Below are positions 17,734 to 25,568 of a stretch of 64,000 nt of DNA, in pieces. Within the stretch, counting starts at the first letter, position 1. The number at the start of each line of letters is the position of its first letter. The position numbers and the translations under genes are program-made. This DNA comes from Gammaproteobacteria bacterium. Its GTDB lineage: Bacteria > Pseudomonadota > Gammaproteobacteria > UBA9339. The stretch spans positions 3,378 through 67,377 of the forward strand of contig JAMCWR010000041.1 of the NCBI GenBank assembly GCA_023480665.1, written 5' to 3'. Below the pieces are notes generated by a model, which did no database searches, was not told the DNA's origin, and saw only the letters and a list, made by a program, of their open reading frames with translations.

Positions 17734-17911
17734 TTAATTTTTTTCAAGCCTGGATGTTTTATTGCTCCCACGTGCTGTTTTAGCTTTCTTGTTGTTATCA
17801 TTCCCAGTTCTAATGCGCTCATGAACTTCCTCTCGATGCACTGCTATATCTTTTGGTGCTTCTATACCAATAAGATCTTTTTGCGTAATAAATCCTTAAG
17901 AAGTTTAGCAT
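17734..17911 (-). pseudogene. csrA: csrA-paralogue remnant (carbon storage regulator family)
   Basis: The minus-strand frame reads ...QKDLIGIEAPKDIAVHREEVHERIRTGNDNN...*, matching the CsrA beta4-beta5-helix ([22 protein letters not shown]). An upstream ATG (17909-17911) gives MLNFLR (compare MLILTR) in another frame, so there is a frameshift or internal deletion. Confidence 0.6.
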
Positions 17912-17968
17912 AAAATTAGATAAATCGTCTCTAGATATAATAGCATATCACATTTTATACTTTCTTCA

Positions 17969-18184
17969 ATGAATAAAAACCCGATGGCATTAAAAATAGC
18001 AAAAAATCTGAAAAAATATCGGCTAAAAAATAATCTTAGTCAGATGGAATTAGCCGAGCGAGCTGGTATGCACTTTACTTATTACAGCCAAATAGAACGC
18101 GCATTAAGAAAAGATATGTCAGTTAGGCGACTAAAGAATATTGCAGATGCTTTAGGTGTCACGCTAAACGATATTGTGTACTGA
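17969..18184 (+). CDS. XRE-family helix-turn-helix transcriptional regulator
   Basis: LKKYRLKNNLSQMELAERAGMHFTYYSQIERALRKDMSVRRLKNIADALGVTLNDIV is a canonical HTH_3 pattern. Confidence 0.8.
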   Translation: MNKNPMALKIAKNLKKYRLKNNLSQMELAERAGMHFTYYSQIERALRKDMSVRRLKNIADALGVTLNDIVY

Positions 18185-18592
18185 TTTTTACATATTCATG
18201 TCTTAAATTTCGGATTGCAACAGATCCATTGCAATAGATTAAAGATGGTTTTTGTATTATTTATTTTTTGTAAGCGCGTGTTTTTTAAAATATGGCACGG
18301 CCAATGCGGCGGAGGATGTGATGGTGCTCTTTTGCGCATCGGAGAGGCACACATGTAATGAAGCCTCGCGGCACTTAAGCTGTGTTTGGTTATTTATTCA
18401 TTGGTGCTCTATGTAGAGACATCATCAGATACTGACTCCGATATTGACGCAGTAAGAAAAAGAGTACCGTCACAGCCTAAAGCAAGCATTGGCAGAAGGT
18501 GAGCTCTGGAAAATAACATTGTTTAAGCTATTGTTTAAGCTTCGTATTGCAACAGTCCCTTAATGTTTCAGATCGCAACGCGGCCTTTATAT

Positions 18593-21226
18593 TCAAGATT
18601 GGTTTCGAATTGCAACAGACTCATTGTAGTCACTAACAAAGCCGGTGCCACCCGTATATACCTGTTGTTGCGGAGTTCTAGAAGTAGGATTAATCCAAGT
18701 ATTGTGCGCCCTAATCCAGGCAGCAGAAACGCCACCCCAATTAGAATTAGCATAAACTCCCCAAGCATTTTGTGAGTCACTAGGATTTGTAACGTTAAAA
18801 ATATTTTCTTCAATAGTAGCGACAGGAGCGAGAGTAAGAGTATTAGTGCTTGGGCTTGCCAGAAAAAAACCATATGCTTTCGAACCAGCACCGGATGCCG
18901 CTACATTAAATGTATTTCCGCGAAGAGTAATTTTTGATGCATTGGTTTCTAATGCTTCACTAATTCCAACTGCCCTACTACCTTCACCAACCGCAGAAAT
19001 ATTAAAAATTGTATTCTTAATATCCAATATTGGCGCATTTACCAATGGATCCAAAAAAATACCATAAGCATTTTTAGCAGAATTAACAGTTATTAGATTA
19101 TTAACGCCTGAAATCGTTGTTGTACCACCCAGCAATTCTGCAATTCCAGCTGTATTACATTCGCGATTAGCTACATGGTTAGCTGAATTAGCAATTATTT
19201 GATTGTTGTTTCCTAAGATCGTAAGCGCGCCGCCGAAATTCACAATTCCTACTGCATTACTTTCAGCGGAATTAGCGATGATTTGATTGTTATTCCCGGC
19301 AATGATGACTTTCTTATCGCCACCGATTGTGTCGATTTTTTTATCATAGTCCTCAATTTTAATATTCGCAATTCCTAATGCCTTGCTTTCAATTCCAGTT
19401 ACATTTCCACTTATTTGATTATTATTACCTGTGATTAGAGTTGTTCCAACGCTTATAATTCCTCCGGCACGGCTATCATATCCAGCCGCATTAGCCATTA
19501 TCTGATTATTATTACCAAAAACTGCTATCATGTTGTTGATGGCAAAAACCCCTATAGCACGACTCTCATTGCCAGCTGCATCAGCAATTATTTGATTATT
19601 ATTTCCATAGATTATCACAGGGCTATTACCAGCAATCCCTGCGGCATGATTTTCTCCCAGGCCAGTTGAGTTGATAGTTGCATGAATAAAGTTGTTATTC
19701 CCAACAAATAAAGCCGAATTATCCATGCCACCAATACCCATACTCTGTTTACTTTGAGTTGTTGCGCTAACAATTATTTGAGAATTGTTAATAGTTGCAT
19801 AGGTATTCATCACCCCAATTCCAAAAGCATCGGTTCTGTTTTCAGAAACATTGATATTCACATCATTAATGTTAACTTTGTTAAAGAACTTATCACCGAA
19901 AAGATAAAGAGCACCATGATTACCAAAATCTTGGTTTTCGCTTTTTATCTGGATATCATTAATGCTATTGCCACCAAACGCAGTAATGCCACCATCTAAC
20001 TCTGGCCTTTGAGAACCTGCGGCCGCAAGTGTAAAATGAGTAGTTCGACCATAGATAGAATATCCAGATAGCAACGATAAGCGATGGTCTGAAAAACTGT
20101 TTAGATCGTACGGTGATATTCCAGTTGCGATATACATTTGAACATTTTGGCTTAAAGCGCCAGAATTTGTCATTAACTGGTAAGCTCTTTGGTCGATTGC
20201 AGTAAATGGATGTTCGTAACTGCCATCGCCACTTGAAACATTGCTGTTAATATAAGATGAGGCTGAAGCTGCATTATCATAATACCAAAATGAACCAGGG
20301 AGACGATATTGAGCGCCTTTATCAAGATATCCCTTCCCCACAGCGACAGAATTAGCAGAAGCAATATTGCCAAAATTATGTTCAATTGGATCTGAAAGTC
20401 GTCCAAAAACCCCTAAATTTTCTTTGTCTTCACCACTCGCACTCGCGCCACCAAAAGTAAGCCTAACTCCAAACATAAAAGCATTCTTGCGAACTTTGTC
20501 ATAAGAGTCTCTTGCTTCTAACGAAATATATTTAGTCATTGGATAAACCATACGACCTTCAACTCCAGTGATCTTATCGGTTTTATCCATGAAATAATGG
20601 TAACCACCAACATAAGCTCTTAGATCATGTGTTTTTGGAATTGGAATAAGCCTGCCAACTTCTACATCAACTCCAGGCCCTACCTCTTCATATCGCTGAA
20701 AAAGATGATCGTACCTAGTATGCCCAAAGGCTTCTTCAAATTTGGTGATGCCAATATTTTCCGCGAATGTTTCACTGCCAACCCAATGTCGACAAGTAGT
20801 GGGAATATAACCATTAGCTCTAAAATCCCAAATATCACCCAAAGCTTCAAAACCAGGGTTAACAACTAAAAAATTATAGCCTTCTGGTGATCGATTGTAG
20901 TCAGCAAAAATGTAGCCACCTAAAATGTATGAGTTATTTATAATCTTACGGTAGCCTGCAGCAACTCCTGCCGTATAACCATTGCTTTCTTTAAACGAGC
21001 CAGCGGCTTCAACTGCACCATAAAATGTACTTTTTACGCCATCGCCACCAAACGGAATTAACCCTTGGCCACTGCCAATTATCTGATCGCCACCCATCCC
21101 CCAAAATGTCATACTTGGTTTTGCAGCTTGAGGTTCAAAATTAACTGCGGCAAAACCTGCATTTGATAGTATTGATGCAAGCAATAAAATTGAAACCTTA
21201 GTTTTTCTCATATTTTTACTTTTCAT
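18593..21226 (-). CDS. Inverse autotransporter (intimin/invasin-type N-terminal beta-barrel) with GNNNQI-repeat passenger
   Basis: Signal peptide (ILLLASILSNAGFA). The N-terminal ~270 aa fit the inverse-autotransporter barrel pattern (GGYIFADYNR...GDIWDFRANGYIP...GVDVEVGR...AYVGGYHYF...GVRLTFGG). The C-terminal ~450 aa contain at least 6 repeats of GNNNQI(I/M)A(N/D)(S/A)A...(A/G)(I/V)G. Confidence 0.75.
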   Translation of the reverse strand: MKSKNMRKTKVSILLLASILSNAGFAAVNFEPQAAKPSMTFWGMGGDQIIGSGQGLIPFGGDGVKSTFYGAVEAAGSFKESNGYTAGVAAGYRKIINNSYILGGYIFADYNRSPEGYNFLVVNPGFEALGDIWDFRANGYIPTTCRHWVGSETFAENIGITKFEEAFGHTRYDHLFQRYEEVGPGVDVEVGRLIPIPKTHDLRAYVGGYHYFMDKTDKITGVEGRMVYPMTKYISLEARDSYDKVRKNAFMFGVRLTFGGASASGEDKENLGVFGRLSDPIEHNFGNIASANSVAVGKGYLDKGAQYRLPGSFWYYDNAASASSYINSNVSSGDGSYEHPFTAIDQRAYQLMTNSGALSQNVQMYIATGISPYDLNSFSDHRLSLLSGYSIYGRTTHFTLAAAGSQRPELDGGITAFGGNSINDIQIKSENQDFGNHGALYLFGDKFFNKVNINDVNINVSENRTDAFGIGVMNTYATINNSQIIVSATTQSKQSMGIGGMDNSALFVGNNNFIHATINSTGLGENHAAGIAGNSPVIIYGNNNQIIADAAGNESRAIGVFAINNMIAVFGNNNQIMANAAGYDSRAGGIISVGTTLITGNNNQISGNVTGIESKALGIANIKIEDYDKKIDTIGGDKKVIIAGNNNQIIANSAESNAVGIVNFGGALTILGNNNQIIANSANHVANRECNTAGIAELLGGTTTISGVNNLITVNSAKNAYGIFLDPLVNAPILDIKNTIFNISAVGEGSRAVGISEALETNASKITLRGNTFNVAASGAGSKAYGFFLASPSTNTLTLAPVATIEENIFNVTNPSDSQNAWGVYANSNWGGVSAAWIRAHNTWINPTSRTPQQQVYTGGTGFVSDYNESVAIRNQS

Positions 21227-21272
21227 ATTTACTAAAAACCCTTGATAACTGCAAAAGAACTGGTGGCTGGGG

Positions 21273-21288
21273 TGATAAAATTTTATCA
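21273..21288. promoter_or_regulatory. Perfect 16-bp palindrome upstream of the inverse autotransporter (Fur-box-like half sites)
   Basis: TGATAAAATTTTATCA lies 47-62 nt upstream of ATG 21226. The arms TGATAA/TTATCA equal Fur-box arms, but the central spacing is one nt longer than the classical 7-1-7 motif. Confidence 0.35.
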
Positions 21289-21345
21289 GAATATAACCGC
21301 ATATTCATCCTAAAGCTAAAAACACAACCTCCTTGCCTGCAAGAA

Positions 21346-22671
21346 TTATCTCTCATATAGCAAAATTCTAGGCAATTCAGAGATCATATAAAGCGGAACA
21401 GAGAGAATATTATCTTTAAATGCAAGTGGTTGTTGTGAAATCTGCACGCCAATTGCGGTGTTTTTTTCATGAAGAAATTGTTTCAAAGATCTTAGCTTGC
21501 CAGTTTTTCCAGACTTTACCTCAATTGGCACGATGGCGCCATGCAAATTAATTACATAATCAACCTCAGCTAAACTGCCAGGTTTATCTCTGTTCCAATA
21601 ATAAACCTCTGCTTCTTCATATGGGTTTTGAATGGTTAACAATTCTTGGCCAACAAATTGCTCTGCTTGCGCACCCTGATTTATTAGGATGAGATCATCT
21701 GACATTAAATTATAAATATTTACTTTGCCAGTGCGATTAACTAAACCAATATCAATAAAAAGCAACTTAAATATTTTTTCGTTAATTAGACTATTCAGCG
21801 GCAGGCCAGTACAATTTGCAGCATAAACTTTATACAAAACACCCGCCTTCTGTAACAAACTTAGCGCCGCTTTAATATCTCGCGAAGGATGTTCTGAATC
21901 AAAATGAGAATATTTAACTTGTTTGCCTATGAGATTAGGCGTTTTATCAAAGACCTTAATTAAATGCTTAAGTTGAGCGTGTCTTGCATATTTTCCAAAA
22001 TCATTTCTATAGGTAGCAATTAGACTGGACTGAAGGTTTTGACAAGATCCGAGATTGCTAAGTTTTACATAATTATCAACAACAGCTGGCATACCGCCTA
22101 AAATAAAATATTCGCGCAACAATTTTAATAATTCATTGTGAGCAATTTCAGAGGGAATGTTTTGCAATGTGGCTTTTTGCAGATGGGACAACAGAGCATC
22201 CTTGCCTCTAGCCAATAAAAATTCAGCAAAAGATAATGGATACATAAATAGATATTGAATACGGCCCACCGGCACACGCAACTCTTCACTATTCAATGAA
22301 AACTCAAGCAACGAACCTGCGCCAATAATGTGCAACTCGGGCATTTGTTCTTTAAAATAGCGCAATGCCATAATTGCATTTGGACAAATTTGTATTTCAT
22401 CAAGAAAAACTAATGTCTTGCCAGGTATAATTGAAGCATTTTGCAGCAACGAAAGATTGGCGATTATTTCTTTTGGTTTTAGAGTTTGAAAACAATTTGC
22501 AAAACTCGGTTCTAGTTCGAAATTGATATTCACAAAGAATTCAAAATGCTCTTTTGCAAATTGTTCGATTGCATAGGTTTTGCCAACTTGCCTGGCTCCG
22601 CGTACTAATAATGGCAACCTTTCAGGGCTATCTTTCCAATTAATGAGTTGTGACATGATATTGCGTTGCAT
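21346..22671 (-). CDS. AAA_14 / DUF4143-family ATPase
   Basis: RLPLLVRGARQVGKTY (Walker A) and LVFLDEIQ (Walker B). The C-terminal EVDYVI...PIEVKSG is typical of the DUF4143 nuclease-like tail. Confidence 0.75.
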   Translation of the reverse strand: MQRNIMSQLINWKDSPERLPLLVRGARQVGKTYAIEQFAKEHFEFFVNINFELEPSFANCFQTLKPKEIIANLSLLQNASIIPGKTLVFLDEIQICPNAIMALRYFKEQMPELHIIGAGSLLEFSLNSEELRVPVGRIQYLFMYPLSFAEFLLARGKDALLSHLQKATLQNIPSEIAHNELLKLLREYFILGGMPAVVDNYVKLSNLGSCQNLQSSLIATYRNDFGKYARHAQLKHLIKVFDKTPNLIGKQVKYSHFDSEHPSRDIKAALSLLQKAGVLYKVYAANCTGLPLNSLINEKIFKLLFIDIGLVNRTGKVNIYNLMSDDLILINQGAQAEQFVGQELLTIQNPYEEAEVYYWNRDKPGSLAEVDYVINLHGAIVPIEVKSGKTGKLRSLKQFLHEKNTAIGVQISQQPLAFKDNILSVPLYMISELPRILLYER

Positions 22672-22845
22672 ATTTTTACCCCCATATTTTATACATTTTT
22701 TGTATATTTTATGGTAGTTATTTTAAATAAAACCGGCACATAAATCAAGCCATTAACGTTACTTTTAAAGTTAAATAATTAATTATAGATCTGATTAAGC
22801 GTTTTTTTGTGAATTTTATAATATATTGATTAATAACGAAAAAAC

Positions 22846-22897
22846 TTGCATGTTTTGTAACTCTTTGATTTTAAACGTAAATTTTTTTACATGTTTT
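22846..22897. repeat. Dispersed intergenic repeat, copy B (longest)
   Basis: CTTGCATGTTTTGTAACTCTTTGATTTTAAACGTAAATTTTTTTACATGTTTT matches copy A (8154-8186), inverted copy C (46334-46383) and a partial copy at 328-346. Confidence 0.7.
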
Positions 22898-22972
22898 TAC
22901 AGCTATCTAATTGATTTTAAACAAAAAACTTATTTTGCTTGGATTCGCAAGTTTTAAAAACCATCATGGTAA

Positions 22973-24100
22973 TTATCTGCGCGTGGGCAATAAATTAATT
23001 ATCGCCACTTCTGGTGGGGCTAAAAAACGAATTGGCGGGCCCCAAGTTCCAGCGCCACGGTTAACATATAAATCTGCGTGGCCAGGATGATATAATCCAC
23101 CAATCCAATATTTAAACAAAAACCCCATGAAGAGACCAAATGGAAATATTTGCCCCTGATGCGTGTGCCCTGAGAGCTGTAAATCAAAAAACGGGAGCGA
23201 AGAATCAATTATTGTTGGGCGATGCTTAAGAAGAATGACAAATTTTCGCGGATTAATCGTCTTAAGTAATTTATCTTCAGCCTTTTTTTCTAATGCCTTT
23301 GTGTTTAATAACACTGCATCATCGACGCCAGCTAAAACTACTTCATTGGTAATTGGAACCGCTTTTTCGCGGAGCATTGCAAAACCAGACTCTTCAGTAA
23401 AAGAAAGTGCTTTATCCAAACCATGATAAAATTCATGATTGCCAGTAACTGCGTATTTACCATATGGTGGTTTGACCCCTGCAAACATCATGGCAAGTGG
23501 CGAAAAATCATCGCCCATAGCATCAATCAAATCCCCAGTTGAAACCAACAAATCTGGTTTTGCATCTTCAACGATTGCTAAAACTTTTTGTAGATAATAT
23601 TCATTTACAATTGCGCTGAGATGTAAATCTGAAATTTGAGCTATAGTGAACTTTTTAGTTATCTTCGGTGATGAAATGTTAATAACTTCGGGGCGAATAT
23701 CTCGCGCCGCAAAAAAACCATAGGTACAAATACACACTGCCACCAAGAATGGTGCCAGTAATACAAATAAATTTGAAGGCAGCAAATAACTAAATTTTTT
23801 GTGCGTTAAAAACATTCCGGCACGCACTAACATTCGCCAAAATTCTATTACCAATGAACTACACAAAAAAATAAATACAAAAGCTAACCATATATATACA
23901 AAATAGGCGATTGCAGTTGCACCAGAAATATTATAGTTAAAAAGAATATCAAGCAAAAATGGCGATAGTATTAAGATAAACATAACAGCAAAAGAAAGAG
24001 CTTTTGCTGTGGGGCCTAATGCAACAACAGCCTTTACTTTTGTATAAATGTAATAATAAGTACTACCAAAAAACAATAAAAATAAGAGCAAAAAAATCAT
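22973..24100 (-). CDS. Membrane-anchored metallophosphoesterase
   Basis: Several N-terminal TM helices, then the calcineurin-like motifs ISDLHL, TGDLID, GNHE and GHTHQG. Confidence 0.8.
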   Translation of the reverse strand: MIFLLLFLLFFGSTYYYIYTKVKAVVALGPTAKALSFAVMFILILSPFLLDILFNYNISGATAIAYFVYIWLAFVFIFLCSSLVIEFWRMLVRAGMFLTHKKFSYLLPSNLFVLLAPFLVAVCICTYGFFAARDIRPEVINISSPKITKKFTIAQISDLHLSAIVNEYYLQKVLAIVEDAKPDLLVSTGDLIDAMGDDFSPLAMMFAGVKPPYGKYAVTGNHEFYHGLDKALSFTEESGFAMLREKAVPITNEVVLAGVDDAVLLNTKALEKKAEDKLLKTINPRKFVILLKHRPTIIDSSLPFFDLQLSGHTHQGQIFPFGLFMGFLFKYWIGGLYHPGHADLYVNRGAGTWGPPIRFLAPPEVAIINLLPTRR

Positions 24101-24147
24101 CTGTCATCCGGCCTTCCTTTTTAATTTTAAATAAAATACCTTAATTT

Positions 24148-24334
24148 CTATCTAAACGCCAATTTTGCTTGACACCCCAGGGCCCATTTTGCCATTAACA
24201 CGCTATGCATAAAACCCCAGTTCCATCCAGCTAACTTTCGCATAGCTTTTAAACTAACTCTAAGCATTGACAGACTAATTTTTAATGAGGGAGCTCTGGA
24301 GCCCTGATGTAGCCCCTTTGCTGTTTGTCATGTA
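24148..24334 (-). mobile_element. ISAs1-family transposase 3'-end remnant (left, inverted copy)
   Basis: The minus frame reads ...SLKISLSMLRVSLKAMRKLAGWNWGFMHSVLMAK...*, resembling the ISAs1/H-repeat C-terminus (K.RK.AGWD.DYL..VL). 24194-24253 is the inverted repeat of 27228-27287. Confidence 0.55.
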
Positions 24335-24397
24335 TATAGATATAATAATAAAATTGGATAATGTTTTTACTGGATTATAATCCCGAGGGAATTTTAT

Positions 24398-25528
24398 ATG
24401 AAAAAGGTATTGATACTGCTGTGCCATATTATAGCATTTCTTGGTTTTACTTTCTGTGCTTCATCTTATGCCTGTACTAGCTTTATTCTTAAAGCCAAAG
24501 ATGGTAGTCCAATTTACGGACGATCTATGGAATGGGGGCTTTCTGATTTTAAATCTAACTTGGTTTTGGTGCCACGTGGTTTTACTAATATCACTTCTTT
24601 AAGTGGTGGTAAGGCAGGGATGAAATGGAAAAATAAATATGGTTTTGTTGGTATCAATGCTTTTAATTTGCCATTTTATATGGATGGGATGAATGAAGCT
24701 GGTTTGACGGTAGGTAGTTTATTTTTACCTAATCTTGCCGAATTTCAATCTTTTAAAAGTGGCGCCGAAGCTTCAACTATAAATAGTGCGCAATTAGTTG
24801 GTTATCTTCTTGGTCAATTTAGCAGTGTCGCCGAAATAAAAGCGAGGCTTCCTAAAATACGTGTTATTGATAATCCAGATATTACCAAAGCTTTTGGCGC
24901 ACCAATTACAGTGCATTTTGTGGTTACGGATAATATGGCAAATTCAATTGTGATTGAGTATGTTGCCGGCAATCTTAATATTTATGATAACCAAGTTGGG
25001 ATTATGACGAATTCACCCACGTATGATTGGCATCTTAAAAACTTACGCAATTACGCCCATCTTTCACCATATGGCTCACTTCCTGGAAGCGCTACTACTG
25101 TTGATGGTATTAATTTCTCTCCTTTTGGAGCTGGCTCGGGGATGATTGGATTGCCAGGGGATTATACACCGCCATCGCGCTTTGTTCGCGCTTTCTTTTT
25201 TACGCATAATTCATTAGTGTCAGAAAATGCTGCGACGGCAGTCGATCAAGCGCATCATATTCTTAATAATTTTGATATTCCAAGTGGCACTGTCCGCGAA
25301 GGCATACCTGCGAAATACTTCATTGAATATACGCAATGGAGCGTGATTGGCGATCTTAAGAACAAACGTTATTACTGGTGGACCGAATGGAATCAACAAA
25401 TACGCATGGTTGATTTGACTAAACTTGATTTTAGCGAAAGCAAAGCAATTGCTACGCCATTAGACAAAATACGAATAAATAACATTGAAGATCGCACCCA
25501 AGATTTTGGGAGAGCATCAAGCAAATAA
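24398..25528 (+). CDS. Secreted choloylglycine hydrolase / linear amide C-N hydrolase (Ntn, CBAH family)
   Basis: The signal peptide ends ...SSYA, followed by the nucleophile Cys in CTSFILKAKDGSPIYGRSMEW, typical of penicillin V acylase and bile-salt hydrolase family maturation. Confidence 0.8.
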   Translation: MKKVLILLCHIIAFLGFTFCASSYACTSFILKAKDGSPIYGRSMEWGLSDFKSNLVLVPRGFTNITSLSGGKAGMKWKNKYGFVGINAFNLPFYMDGMNEAGLTVGSLFLPNLAEFQSFKSGAEASTINSAQLVGYLLGQFSSVAEIKARLPKIRVIDNPDITKAFGAPITVHFVVTDNMANSIVIEYVAGNLNIYDNQVGIMTNSPTYDWHLKNLRNYAHLSPYGSLPGSATTVDGINFSPFGAGSGMIGLPGDYTPPSRFVRAFFFTHNSLVSENAATAVDQAHHILNNFDIPSGTVREGIPAKYFIEYTQWSVIGDLKNKRYYWWTEWNQQIRMVDLTKLDFSESKAIATPLDKIRINNIEDRTQDFGRASSK

Positions 25529-25568
25529 ATGCATGATACAAAATAGGAACAACGAGGAACCAATAACC

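Noticed and set aside
18846-20869. Multiple small ORFs on both strands inside the inverse autotransporter gene (18846-19067, 19754-19999, 20173-20406, 20627-20869, 20680-20865, 18568-18891, 18563-18775)
   Set aside because: All are nested within or overlap the 877-aa ORF, which has a coherent signal peptide, barrel and repeat architecture. The small ORFs have no independent support.
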